From: an uncultured Bacilli bacterium
GTDB lineage: Bacteria > Bacillota_I > Bacilli_A > RF39 > UBA660
Assembly: GCA_910586195.1 (NCBI GenBank)
Contig: CAJUHO010000004.1
Coordinates: 9,295-73,294 of the forward strand
Direction of reading: 5' to 3'
Length of the DNA stretch: 64,000 nt
Made by a program: the position numbers and the translations under genes. The notes under the pieces were generated by a model. That model was not told where the DNA came from. It saw only the letters and a program-made list of their open reading frames with translations, and did no database searches. Shown here piece by piece: positions 40,118 to 50,599 of this stretch. Positions within the stretch are counted from its first letter, which is position 1. Each line of letters opens with the position of its first letter.

Positions 40118-41179
40118 CTAAATCCATGTCAAATCAATTTCGTTACTCATTAATTTAGGTAACAAGGCTTCTCGTAGTTGAAATAACACCTCATTTTCTT
40201 GATTATTTTTCTCTATTTTAGTAAGGATTTTATTAAAAGCATCCTCAACCTTTTCATTTTGCAAAACGGGAATTTGATAATCTTCAATACATCCTTTTGT
40301 TATAAAGTTGATAACAGAACCACGATAATTGGCCGTTAAATCTTTCAGGTTATATTGAATACTAAAATAAAGAAATCCTAAATGCTTTTGATCATAGGGA
40401 ATTAATACATAAGTCCTTTGGTAAGCATCAAATTTTCCTCGATAAAATTTAACATTAAAATCGCCATTTCCAGAAAGCAATATAGCACTAGCATCAAAAC
40501 TATAACTATCTATTTTTAAAGTATTATGGGAACAAGTAAAAAACGGATATTTACCATTCATAACACTATCATTAGCATCACATTTACCAGTAACAACAGG
40601 AAAAAAGTCACTTAATTTTCTAAACTTTTTTATTCCCGCCTCCAAATAATTTTTCTGATATATATTCATACCTATCTCATATAAACTATCATTCATTTGA
40701 TTGTTTAATTCTATTCTTTTATCGATATAAGACATAACCTTAGAAATCTTAATTTGTGTAGTCTCATCATGAAAGTCAAGAATTAAATTTTCTAAATCGC
40801 TTCTATTTACCGCTTCAAACACAGTATTCAATGCCTTCTTCTTTACCTTATCTACATTATTCTTAAGTAAATAATACAAATATTGATTATGACCATTTTT
40901 CATCTTAATAGAAGCAAGTCCCCTACCTATACACAAATCACAAGGTGCCATATTGATATCACCAACAGGCGCTCTAACACTCAATAACACACTGTCCTTT
41001 TTACCAATTTTTGTTGGAGTACTTGTCCACATTTCTATTTTGGGATATTTATTACCAAAAGTCTTCCTTCCCTGCATAAAGGCAAATCCTACCCCAGTCT
41101 GATTATAGGAAGTAGAACTAGGAGACTGTCCCATTACAACATAACACTCATCTTTTAATTTTTTTAACATAATACTCAC
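40118..41179 (-). CDS. hsdS: type I R-M specificity subunit (compact, two TRDs)
   Basis: Central KIDKRIELNNQMNDSL and C-terminal REALLPKLMS conserved repeats flanking two variable TRDs; 353 aa. Confidence 0.8.
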   Translation of the reverse strand: MSIMLKKLKDECYVVMGQSPSSTSYNQTGVGFAFMQGRKTFGNKYPKIEMWTSTPTKIGKKDSVLLSVRAPVGDINMAPCDLCIGRGLASIKMKNGHNQYLYYLLKNNVDKVKKKALNTVFEAVNRSDLENLILDFHDETTQIKISKVMSYIDKRIELNNQMNDSLYEIGMNIYQKNYLEAGIKKFRKLSDFFPVVTGKCDANDSVMNGKYPFFTCSHNTLKIDSYSFDASAILLSGNGDFNVKFYRGKFDAYQRTYVLIPYDQKHLGFLYFSIQYNLKDLTANYRGSVINFITKGCIEDYQIPVLQNEKVEDAFNKILTKIEKNNQENEVLFQLREALLPKLMSNEIDLTWI

Positions 41180-42100
41180 CTACGCAATCATGATAACATC
41201 ATCTATATTAATGTTACCATCCTTATCCAACCGACACTCAATATGAAAGGGCAAATTTTCTTCATCCTTTACCACTTCAATATTAAAACTATAATTATTA
41301 TTACTCTGATCAATTAAATCACTATAATTAACAATAGAATTAACTTCAAAATTGTAATATAGTTTGATTTTTTCATTCACTATATCAAATAATTCTCCAC
41401 TATCTAACAAAGAATCAATATTCGCATCTACTAATAGATAATTAGATTGAATCTGATTAATTTCTAGAAGCCTATTTTGCAGTTCCCCCAATTCATAAAA
41501 AATCTCTATTTTTTTACCTGTTATTCTTTCAAATTCATCGCTCAATTCTTCAGGAAAATCATTTTTATTTTTTGTTAAAAACAAAAACTTCTGACTTGCT
41601 ATTTTACCAGCATACTGTAGCATTGATTCCCATTGTACAGCATCCTTAAAACCCTTATCAGACTCACCATTTTTCCCAGAAAAAGGTTTGTTTTTATAGA
41701 TAGCCCTATCAAGAAGATTATTAAGGGTATCCCGTTCCTTTGGAATTAATACCATATTTATCTTTTCCTGTTCTAGATAATCATTAATTCTTCTATCTAA
41801 TCCCGTTTCAAAGTCCTTTACCTTCTCAGGTTCGTCAATACCATAAAATACCCGGAACTTACTAAGTAATTCCCTATAATTACTATCATCTTCTTCAAAC
41901 TTTTCACAAATCTGACACTTTAATTCCTTCATCACAATTTCAGTAACATTAATATGACATTTATCACTTAAATCATTCGTATTTATAAAATCTATAAATT
42001 CCAAATAATTTCTACCAAATGTAAACATAGAATAATCTTTTATGCTCTTCTCTTTTAAAATACTAGTATCAAAAAATATCTCAATCATTTCCATAGCCAA
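41180..42100 (-). CDS. PIN-like domain protein embedded between hsdM and hsdS
   Basis: N-terminal IFFDTSIL (PIN motif 1 Asp), later acidic positions (VTEIVMKEL; DKGFKDAVQWESML); overlaps hsdM by 20 nt and abuts hsdS. Confidence 0.5.
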   Translation of the reverse strand: MAMEMIEIFFDTSILKEKSIKDYSMFTFGRNYLEFIDFINTNDLSDKCHINVTEIVMKELKCQICEKFEEDDSNYRELLSKFRVFYGIDEPEKVKDFETGLDRRINDYLEQEKINMVLIPKERDTLNNLLDRAIYKNKPFSGKNGESDKGFKDAVQWESMLQYAGKIASQKFLFLTKNKNDFPEELSDEFERITGKKIEIFYELGELQNRLLEINQIQSNYLLVDANIDSLLDSGELFDIVNEKIKLYYNFEVNSIVNYSDLIDQSNNNYSFNIEVVKDEENLPFHIECRLDKDGNINIDDVIMIA

Positions 42101-43577
42101 TATCCCTCAATACTTTCTTCAGTTCTACATCTAGCTGTTGAGCTTCTTCCATTTGAGCTACTAATTTTTCTATTAACTTTGCCATTTTCTCTTCTGAAAA
42201 AGAAGCATCAACTTGAGATTTTTTCATACCAACATACTGGCTTGGATTTAATAAAAAATCTTTTTCCTCTATGTCTAAAAGGGTAGCATCTCTACAAAAT
42301 CCTAAGACATCTTCATAATTCTTAGTGTTCTGATAATCGTGATATGTATTTGCAATTTTCATGATATTTTCGCTAGAAAAATCTCTTAATTTTCTAGTAA
42401 TCATAGAACCTAACCCAGTAGCATCTATAAATAAAGTATGGCCTTTCCGTTTTTTCTTTTTATTTAATATCCAAATAGAGCAAGGAATCGTAACTGAATA
42501 AAACAAATTAGATGGCATTGCAACAATACAGTCCACTAAATCATCTATCACCAATTTACTGCGAATAAAAGCTTCACGCCCACTCGATGTTAAAGCACTA
42601 TTAGGTAAAACAATCGCTGCCCTTCCTACTCCAGACAATTTAGAAATTACATGTTGCAACCAAGCATAATTCGCATTTTTCTTTGGAGGAATTTCATACT
42701 TCCATCTACAATCATTTAACAACAAGTCCTGTCCCCAATCTCCCATATTAAAGGGAGGATTGGCCAATATAAAATCTGCCATTAAACCTTTATGTAAATC
42801 TTCATGGAATGTATCCGCTGCAAATTCTCCTAAGTTCCCCTCTATAGATCGAATGGCCAAGTTCATCTTCGCTAATTTCCAAGTAGTAGGATTTTTTTCT
42901 TGCCCAAAGAAAGAAGCATTTCGGACATTTCCATTATGTTCCTCTATATATTTAACACATTGAATCAACATACCACCAGAGCCACAAGCAGGATCATATA
43001 TTCTTCCTCCCTTTGGTTCAAGCATTTCCACCATCGTTTTAACAATACTGGATGGTGTATAAAATTCTCCTCCCCTTTTTCCATCTTTACTAGCAAATTT
43101 CTCTAAAAAATATTCATATATTTGTCCCAAAGAATCATCATGAGACTCTAAATCTAAATTCGTAAACAAATCTATAATCTCGCCCAAATTTACACTTCTA
43201 AAATCTGGACTATTATATATCTTAAATAGCACTCCTTTAAGGGATGGATTTTCCTTTTCTATTAAATCTAGTGCATTATCTAAAATCTCTCCAATATTGT
43301 AATCTTTAGAATGCTTTACAATATAATCCCATCTCGCATTTTCTGGCACAAAGAAAATACTATCTTCCATATAAGCATCTCTATCTTCTTCTAAACCGTA
43401 CCCATCTTGTACAAGAAATTTATACTTTTTTTCAAAGGTAGAAGAGATATACTTTAAAAAGATCATTTCCAACACTACAAATTTATAATTAGTAATCGAT
43501 AGACCACCAATCATTTTATCTGCTGCAATCCACAATTCTTTCTCTATTTCTTTTATATTTTGTTTCATTTTAAACAC
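42081..43577 (-). CDS. hsdM: type I R-M N6-adenine methyltransferase subunit (second system)
   Basis: HsdM_N; SAM motif DPACGSGGML; catalytic NPPFN. Confidence 0.9.
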   Translation of the reverse strand: MFKMKQNIKEIEKELWIAADKMIGGLSITNYKFVVLEMIFLKYISSTFEKKYKFLVQDGYGLEEDRDAYMEDSIFFVPENARWDYIVKHSKDYNIGEILDNALDLIEKENPSLKGVLFKIYNSPDFRSVNLGEIIDLFTNLDLESHDDSLGQIYEYFLEKFASKDGKRGGEFYTPSSIVKTMVEMLEPKGGRIYDPACGSGGMLIQCVKYIEEHNGNVRNASFFGQEKNPTTWKLAKMNLAIRSIEGNLGEFAADTFHEDLHKGLMADFILANPPFNMGDWGQDLLLNDCRWKYEIPPKKNANYAWLQHVISKLSGVGRAAIVLPNSALTSSGREAFIRSKLVIDDLVDCIVAMPSNLFYSVTIPCSIWILNKKKKRKGHTLFIDATGLGSMITRKLRDFSSENIMKIANTYHDYQNTKNYEDVLGFCRDATLLDIEEKDFLLNPSQYVGMKKSQVDASFSEEKMAKLIEKLVAQMEEAQQLDVELKKVLRDIGYGND

Positions 43578-43715
43578 TTCTTTCTACTACCTACCCCATC
43601 TACCCTTTCTTCTCTATGCTCATTATAACATCATTTTACTGAAATGACGACATAATATAATAACTACAAAAAAACTATTGATTTTCTACCATCAATAGTT
43701 CAAAGATTACAATTC

Positions 43716-44810
43716 TTATTCACCCTTACTAAGTTTAACCTTCGTTTTATGTTCTTTTCCATCACGGTTATAAGTAATCTCAATTTCTTCTCCCACTTTA
43801 TATTTATAAAGCTCATAACGTAGATAAGCAGATGATGCTACTTGTTCTCCATTAATTGCAATAATGACATCACCCTCTTTTAAATCAGAACTAGCAGCAC
43901 CCGTTTTTTCTACTACTTTCACAACGATAACTCCCATCTTAATAGCGTCATCTATTCTATAGGGATTACGATATTTGTCATTATCTTCCACATTAATCAT
44001 ATTGATTCCCAAAACAGGCCATTCAATCTTTTCACCCTTTTCTAGGGAATCAATATGGCTCATCGCATACTCAATAGGAATGGCAAAACCCATACCTTCA
44101 ATTTCTTCTTGTACTAGTTTCATAGAATTAATACCAATTACTTCAGCATTAGAATTTAGTAATGGTCCACCACTATTTCCTGGATTAATAGCAGCATCTG
44201 TCTGTAACACCCTCATAACCCAATCATTACTATTAGAGTTTCCTACACTAACAGAAACCATACGATCCTTTCCAGAAAGACGACCAGCAGTAACACTACC
44301 ACGATAACTATATCCAAGTGGGGAACCAATCGTAAAAACTGTATCTCCTAAACGCATCTTCGTAGAATCCCCAATGGTTGCAACTGCCTTAATATGTTTT
44401 TTATCCACACTAATAACGGCTAAGTCTAAGTACTCATCAGAACCTAATACCTTACCGCTAATTTCTGTATCATCAGATAATACTATTTTAATATCAGACA
44501 TATCGGAAATCACATGATGGTTTGTCATAATATAAGCCTTATTATTATCTGTTTTATAAATAAAGCCTGTTCCAGTAGACGCCAATTGATTATTCTGAAA
44601 ACCCTGTATTAACACAACAGCATCATAAACCTTTTCTACAGCATCAGCCAAAGAACCATCCTCTACAATAACCTTACCATTTTCTTTTACTACTGTAGTT
44701 TTTAACATAGAGTCCATAAGGGGGCTAAACTTAAAAACAGTACATGTCAAAACTGCCCCTACCACGAAAGATCCAATCACTATAAAAACCGTTTTTACAC
44801 TTTTATTCAT
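43716..44810 (-). CDS. HtrA/DegP-family trypsin-like serine protease with PDZ domain, membrane-anchored
   Basis: N-terminal TM, catalytic triad context (HHVI, D, GNSGGPL) and C-terminal PDZ. Confidence 0.85.
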   Translation of the reverse strand: MNKSVKTVFIVIGSFVVGAVLTCTVFKFSPLMDSMLKTTVVKENGKVIVEDGSLADAVEKVYDAVVLIQGFQNNQLASTGTGFIYKTDNNKAYIMTNHHVISDMSDIKIVLSDDTEISGKVLGSDEYLDLAVISVDKKHIKAVATIGDSTKMRLGDTVFTIGSPLGYSYRGSVTAGRLSGKDRMVSVSVGNSNSNDWVMRVLQTDAAINPGNSGGPLLNSNAEVIGINSMKLVQEEIEGMGFAIPIEYAMSHIDSLEKGEKIEWPVLGINMINVEDNDKYRNPYRIDDAIKMGVIVVKVVEKTGAASSDLKEGDVIIAINGEQVASSAYLRYELYKYKVGEEIEITYNRDGKEHKTKVKLSKGE

Positions 44811-45756
44811 TAATATCTACACTCCTCTCAATCGTCGCTAATTCTGTCCAATTAGCAGGAAATCCCATTAAATTCATTATCTTATCAATAGAAATTGTTT
44901 TCAAATTATACGCTAAATTACTAATAGTTCTATCCAGTTCCAAAGTCATATTCAAAAAATCCTCATAATCAAGCACCTGTTTCATAATAATAATGAGAGC
45001 AAACAAATCATTTTTACCATAGCAATATTCACCATTTTCCTTCTCAATCTTTAATATTTGATGGTATATTGTATCATCAATACATCGCTGTGTCCTATTA
45101 TCATAAACAATATCTTCATGAGCACAAAGATTTCTATAGTTTGCAAGAATTGGCAAATACGTAATCATCTCATCCCTAGTAATTCGATAAATCTCACAAA
45201 TTTCCTGTTGATCCTCTTTTTTTAATACAGTAAACATTTCACTAACGATTCCAAAAGATAAAACTTTCACCAAAATCCACATCGGAATATATCCATAATT
45301 ACTAACATAATGTTGAGTAGCAGTATGTTGTTGTCCATTGACCCGTATCTGCCTCTTCATCTTTTTAATTAAATCATTTACTTGGCGTTGTTTTTCAGGT
45401 TTACTTGTAAAATTTTTATTTTTTAAATAATCTCTTTCTCGATAACCATATTTTTTCGATAATTGATAAGAAGTAATAGACTTTAAATTATTTTCGATAA
45501 TCAATAAATTCTTAAATATAATATTTCGAAATGCACGGTCAAATAGAAAAAGACTATATAACTCTTCAAAACTAGTTCCTTCTATATATTTTTTATTAGA
45601 ATTAGAAATGAAGAAAGGATAACGATAACCATTAATAAAGAAATAATTCTCGCGTAATAAAATCTTTTTTGCAAATGATTCGTCTTGAATTACTAATCCT
45701 TTATACTTTAAAATCTCTAGCTGTTCGTCTAAATTTTTAAACTTTTTTTCTACCAT
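44803..45756 (-). CDS. Abi_2 family (AbiD/AbiF-like) abortive-infection protein
   Basis: N-terminus KNLDEQLEILKYKGLVIQDESFAKKILLRENYFFINGYRYPF characteristic of Abi_2; stop overlaps the htrA start by 8 nt. Confidence 0.7.
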   Translation of the reverse strand: MVEKKFKNLDEQLEILKYKGLVIQDESFAKKILLRENYFFINGYRYPFFISNSNKKYIEGTSFEELYSLFLFDRAFRNIIFKNLLIIENNLKSITSYQLSKKYGYRERDYLKNKNFTSKPEKQRQVNDLIKKMKRQIRVNGQQHTATQHYVSNYGYIPMWILVKVLSFGIVSEMFTVLKKEDQQEICEIYRITRDEMITYLPILANYRNLCAHEDIVYDNRTQRCIDDTIYHQILKIEKENGEYCYGKNDLFALIIIMKQVLDYEDFLNMTLELDRTISNLAYNLKTISIDKIMNLMGFPANWTELATIERSVDINE

Positions 45757-45849
45757 TATACGTCACCTATATTAAATTATACCACAAAATTATTTATAAA
45801 AATATGAAAATTATATGAAACATGTTATAATGCCAAAAGGAGGAAAAAT

Positions 45850-46827
45850 ATGCCAGCTAGTATTACACATGCCTATTTTGCACAAGACTTATATAACTCT
45901 TTTGACTCTGCTAAAAAACAACTTTTAAGTCCCTTTTTAAAAAAACTTATGATGTTTGCACAAGGCAGTGACCCCCTAATGTTCTATCATATTTTAAGTC
46001 TAAAAAGCGGAAAAAGTGTTAGGCCATTACAAAAAATGTTACATAATACGGATACTCAACGTTTTTTTATTCACCTAATTACTTACATAAAAGAAAATCA
46101 CTACGAAAAAAATCCAGAAATTCTAGCTTACCTTTATGGAAGTATTACTCACTATGTCTTAGATAGTACCATCCATCCATTTGTCATTTACCAAACAGGA
46201 TTTTTCGATAAGACAAAAAAGGAAACTTATAAATACAACAATCAACATGCCATCATGGAATCCTACTTAGATATGTACATGGTTCAAAAAAGAACTGGGC
46301 AAAATCCATATACATTTTCTATGAAAGAATTTCTATTTGAAAAACCCATTTTTTCAGAGCCTTTAAAAAATACCATTAATCACGCTTATCTAAAAACATA
46401 TCATCTAGAAAATATGGCTACTATTTATCAACGTTCTTTTCAAGAAATGGCAATCTTTCTACAATTATTTCGGTATGATTCATTCGGTATCAAAAAATTC
46501 TTCTACCAAACACTTGATATCTTCACACCTAAAAAGTGCTTTAAAATGAAAGCATTATCTTACCATGTTTCACTAAAAGAAAATGAGATTTTTTTAAACA
46601 ATGAACATCATACATGGTGTTATCCTTCTAAAAAATCTTTACAAAGTAGGGAGTCCTTTGATGAGCTTTATCAAAAAGCTCTTACGGATTGCCAAAATAT
46701 CATTCAAAAACTAGATCAGTATTTTAATGGAGAAAATATTTGTCTAACTTCTGTTTTTACAAATAAAAGTTATATCAGTGGACTTGACTGCAAACTAGAT
46801 TTAAACTTTAAATATTTTAAGTATTAA
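45850..46827 (+). CDS. hypothetical protein (possibly zinc-dependent phospholipase C-like; weak)
   Basis: GGAGG RBS; N-terminal ITHAYFAQD His-rich start resembles Zn_dep_PLPC proteins; weak. Confidence 0.4.
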   Translation: MPASITHAYFAQDLYNSFDSAKKQLLSPFLKKLMMFAQGSDPLMFYHILSLKSGKSVRPLQKMLHNTDTQRFFIHLITYIKENHYEKNPEILAYLYGSITHYVLDSTIHPFVIYQTGFFDKTKKETYKYNNQHAIMESYLDMYMVQKRTGQNPYTFSMKEFLFEKPIFSEPLKNTINHAYLKTYHLENMATIYQRSFQEMAIFLQLFRYDSFGIKKFFYQTLDIFTPKKCFKMKALSYHVSLKENEIFLNNEHHTWCYPSKKSLQSRESFDELYQKALTDCQNIIQKLDQYFNGENICLTSVFTNKSYISGLDCKLDLNFKYFKY

Positions 46828-46876
46828 TCCCGTATAAATCACTAAATTTAGAAACATAATATAATCAGGTGATATT

Positions 46877-47932
46877 ATGTTTTACAGATACGAAATAAAA
46901 AAAGTAAATGACGAAGATGTTCTTTATCTATATCTAACAATGGCCTATGAATTTTCAAAAGAATTAGGGGTAGAAGCGGACGATACTGATATTAAAAGAA
47001 GGACAAAAAACTTCATAAAAAATAACAATATTGATTTTAAAGGACGAAAAGCCTTTTTGATTATAGATGGTATTATTGTTAAAACTGTCGATATAGAAAA
47101 AAATGAAGACGTCGAATTAATCAAGCAAACTCATGATTATAGTGATCAACAATACTTAATTACAATAGAATTAGAAAATCATATTGTCGTAGAAATGACT
47201 TTAAAAGAATATTTGCTAGGTGTTTTAGCAACGAATGCTACTATCAGTATGAATATCGAAACACTTAAAGCGTTAACAGTACTATATCGAACGTATGCTT
47301 TCAAAGAAATGGAAGAAAACAAAAAAATTATGGCCATTAATCGTTATCAAATATACAAACCACTATCTTATTATAAGCTAGTATGGATTCATGACTATAA
47401 TTCTACATATCATAAATTATTGAAGGCCATACAAGAAACAGACCGAGAATTTGTCACATATGACGGTAAATATATTACCCCATTTATTCATGTTTGTAGT
47501 AATGGTTATACATCAGCAGATCCCGATTTTCCATATCTTGAAAGAAGACCAAGTTTATGGGATTATGCATCTCCCTTATTCTTAAAAGTAACTGATTATG
47601 ATTATACACAATTAGAAAAAATATTTAAACAAAAAAAAGAAAGCATCAAAAATATGGAAATCTTATCATTAACAGATAATAACCGGATAAAAAGTATTAA
47701 AATTGGTAAAGAAATCATGGATGGGATTGCTTTCAAACAACTGTTGAATTTACCCTCTGATGATATTACAATCATTATCAATGAAAATAACATTCGTTTT
47801 ATTACTAGAGGATATGGTATTAGTTTAGGACTTAGCGAATTTGGAGCCAATGAAATCGCAGATAGTGGCTGTAACTATGCTGATATTATTCATTATTATT
47901 ACCCTAATGTTATTATTAAACGTTTTATCTAG
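46877..47932 (+). CDS. spoIID: SpoIID/LytB-family protein (stage II sporulation protein D-like lytic transglycosylase)
   Basis: LKEYLLGVLATNATISMNIETLKALTVLYRTYAF matches the SpoIID core motif. Confidence 0.65.
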   Translation: MFYRYEIKKVNDEDVLYLYLTMAYEFSKELGVEADDTDIKRRTKNFIKNNNIDFKGRKAFLIIDGIIVKTVDIEKNEDVELIKQTHDYSDQQYLITIELENHIVVEMTLKEYLLGVLATNATISMNIETLKALTVLYRTYAFKEMEENKKIMAINRYQIYKPLSYYKLVWIHDYNSTYHKLLKAIQETDREFVTYDGKYITPFIHVCSNGYTSADPDFPYLERRPSLWDYASPLFLKVTDYDYTQLEKIFKQKKESIKNMEILSLTDNNRIKSIKIGKEIMDGIAFKQLLNLPSDDITIIINENNIRFITRGYGISLGLSEFGANEIADSGCNYADIIHYYYPNVIIKRFI

Positions 47933-48608
47933 ATACTTTGGTATCTTTTTTTATTTCTTCTATATATTCTACTACTCCATTTGTGATTACTGCTGCAACC
48001 TTTTGTTGATATTTTTCAGTTTGTAATAAATAGCGCTCATTAGGATTTGATAAAAAACCACACTCAATCAAAACTCCTGGTACACGTGTATTCCGGTACA
48101 AATACAAATCTGTCGTAATTAATTTCCGCTTTGTATATGTATCCTTTCTAAAGTTTTCCATAATTTTTTCTCCAAGTATTTTATTTTTGGGATTAATATT
48201 ATTATAGAGAACCTCTGCTCCTTGATGATAAGAATTATTATACCAATTCAGATGAATTGATAAATATAAATCACTCTTCACCTTTTGAATAAATAAAATT
48301 CTGCGATATAAGTCCCCTCTTTTTTTTGCACTATCCCATTTACTGGATAAATCCTCATCTTCTTCTCGAATTAAATATACAACAGCACCCTGTTGCAACA
48401 AAGTATTTCTCAAAACCTTTGATATTTCTAAATTTAAATCCTTTTCTAAAATTTTGCCATATCGTGTTCCAGGATCCCTACCACCATGCCCAGGATCTAC
48501 GGTTATTACTATACCTTTTAAAGGAAGATAGGAAGCGTCCGCTATTTGTATTAGAAAAATACAAAAAAAGCTCATTAATAATAGAAAAAACTTATATTTA
48601 TGAATCAT
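47925..48608 (-). CDS. cwlD: N-acetylmuramoyl-L-alanine amidase, CwlD-like (germination-specific)
   Basis: Signal/TM, then GIVITVDPGHGGRDPG and the Amidase_3 E/H ligands; 227 aa. Confidence 0.7.
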   Translation of the reverse strand: MIHKYKFFLLLMSFFCIFLIQIADASYLPLKGIVITVDPGHGGRDPGTRYGKILEKDLNLEISKVLRNTLLQQGAVVYLIREEDEDLSSKWDSAKKRGDLYRRILFIQKVKSDLYLSIHLNWYNNSYHQGAEVLYNNINPKNKILGEKIMENFRKDTYTKRKLITTDLYLYRNTRVPGVLIECGFLSNPNERYLLQTEKYQQKVAAVITNGVVEYIEEIKKDTKVSR

Positions 48609-48678
48609 ATTATCACCTTAGTAATTATATGTATATAAAGATTAAAAAAGCCTAGTAAAATTCTAGGCAAATACAAAA

Positions 48679-49842
48679 CTAATTTACAAATAATACTTTT
48701 TCTGATTTATATTGACTAATAATTATCTTTAGTACCAAGAAAATAGTAATCGCAGTAGATAACACCACTAATAAGACATATAACAAATTAAAATTACCAT
48801 TAACAATATCTGTAAAAAGTAAAGTAAAATTCAAAAATGGAATTAAAGATGAAACAACTCCAATTTTAAGTTCCATCATAAACGCTATGAAACTTGGAAA
48901 GAACGATATAAACGTAAGAGGCGTCAAAGCACTTTGTGCCTCTTTAAAGCTCTTTGACTTACTAGCAATTGCAATACATAATCCACTAATTAAGAAAGAA
49001 TAAGCACCTATTACAATTGTAGCAAAAACAAAACTTGCAGGCGAAAGCATCAAATTAACATCTTTATAAATATCAAAACTTTGATTCGCAACTATTAAGG
49101 ATATCACCATCAAAATTAAACTAATCATACCTGTAACAATAGAAGAAAAAGAAACACTTAAAAATTTTCCGACAATAATATCTCTACTTTTAATTGGAAA
49201 AGTAAGCAGTGTCTCCAATGTTCCACGTTCACGTTCTCCCGCCGTAGCATCTGTTGCTGGATAAGTAGCAGAAATAGTAATAGCCATTATAATAAACAAA
49301 AAAGCATAACTCGTAATATAATTAGCATAGAAGTTTTCCTTTTCCACAATATCCTTTTTTAAAGTAATAATATTCATTATATCATCAACTGGAATATCTC
49401 CTTTTTCTAAATATTCCTTCTGTAAATATTCCTTATAAGCAGAAAAATAACCCTCTGCTAAGGTAGTGGCATAAGCAGTAGTATCATTATTCGTACCATG
49501 AATCACATATTGATTATTATCTTTTGTAATATATAAATCAATCTTTTCCTCTTCATATTCTTTTTGCAAAGATTTTCTACTCTTATTTACGGGATCAATT
49601 TCCAAATCTTTTATAATTTTCTTCTCAACATCATTCAACTCATAATCAAATCCAATTTTATTATATTCTGTCACTGGTTTATTAATCTCTGACTCAAATA
49701 AAGCAGATATTCCAATTACTAAAAGTGGAATCATAATAGGAATAATTAACATCATAGTAAGAGATTTCTTATCACGAAAAGTTTCTCTTAACTCTTTTTT
49801 CAATATATTGAAAACATTATTTTTCATGGTTAACTCCTCCAA
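48679..49842 (-). CDS. ABC-2 family permease (NatB-like)
   Basis: 387 aa; N-terminal TM, large extracytoplasmic loop, five C-terminal TMs. Confidence 0.65.
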   Translation of the reverse strand: MEELTMKNNVFNILKKELRETFRDKKSLTMMLIIPIMIPLLVIGISALFESEINKPVTEYNKIGFDYELNDVEKKIIKDLEIDPVNKSRKSLQKEYEEEKIDLYITKDNNQYVIHGTNNDTTAYATTLAEGYFSAYKEYLQKEYLEKGDIPVDDIMNIITLKKDIVEKENFYANYITSYAFLFIIMAITISATYPATDATAGERERGTLETLLTFPIKSRDIIVGKFLSVSFSSIVTGMISLILMVISLIVANQSFDIYKDVNLMLSPASFVFATIVIGAYSFLISGLCIAIASKSKSFKEAQSALTPLTFISFFPSFIAFMMELKIGVVSSLIPFLNFTLLFTDIVNGNFNLLYVLLVVLSTAITIFLVLKIIISQYKSEKVLFVN

Positions 49843-50575
49843 TCAAAGCAAAGAACGAATCACGAAGGTTTGATGTTTTAGTTGACTTTTTAATTTCATC
49901 TGGTGTTCCTTCCTTTATAACAATTCCCTCATTAATCATAAGAACATAATCACAAATATTCTCTGCCTCTTCCATATAATGAGTAGAATAAAGAATCGTT
50001 TTTTTATTCTTTTTTTCTTTCTTTATAAAGTCTAGTATAATCTGACTGGAAATAATATCTAATCCACTAGTCGCCTCATCTAAAATATAATACTTAGGAT
50101 TATGAACCAAACATCTAGCAATGTTTACTCTTTGCATTTGACCAGTAGATAGATTCTCAATTTTTTGATATAGGAAAGATTTCATGTCTAAAATAGCAAC
50201 AATTTCTTCTATCCGTTTTTCTCCCTCTTTGCAATCAACATCATAAAAATCACAACACATTTTTAATAGTTCATAAGTAGTAATCGTACGATATATTTTG
50301 GTATTTCCAGAAAGATAGGCAATTTTCTTTTTAATTTCAATCTCATTTTGCTTATAATTTAGACCATCAAAACAAATCGTTCCGTCACTTGGCTCTAATA
50401 TCCCTGCAATCATACGAAGTAAAGTTGTCTTTCCCGCTCCGTTAGGACCTAAAATTCCAATAATTTGACCTTCCTTTGCCTGAAAAGTAATACCATTATC
50501 GGCGTAAAACTCCTGTTTTTCTTTTTTATCATTATATTTTATAAACTTCTTTTTTAAATTCTTTACTTCTAACAT
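49817..50575 (-). CDS. ABC transporter ATP-binding protein (NatA-like)
   Basis: Walker A GPNGAGKTT, signature LSTGQMQRV, Walker B ILDEAT. Confidence 0.85.
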   Translation of the reverse strand: MLEVKNLKKKFIKYNDKKEKQEFYADNGITFQAKEGQIIGILGPNGAGKTTLLRMIAGILEPSDGTICFDGLNYKQNEIEIKKKIAYLSGNTKIYRTITTYELLKMCCDFYDVDCKEGEKRIEEIVAILDMKSFLYQKIENLSTGQMQRVNIARCLVHNPKYYILDEATSGLDIISSQIILDFIKKEKKNKKTILYSTHYMEEAENICDYVLMINEGIVIKEGTPDEIKKSTKTSNLRDSFFALIGGVNHEK

Positions 50576-50599
50576 AATGAAGCTCCTCTCTTTTTATTA

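Noticed and set aside
40118-41179. Possibility that the 353-aa HsdS is a truncated half-subunit
   Set aside because: Both TRDs and both conserved repeats (central and C-terminal) are present; it is just compact.
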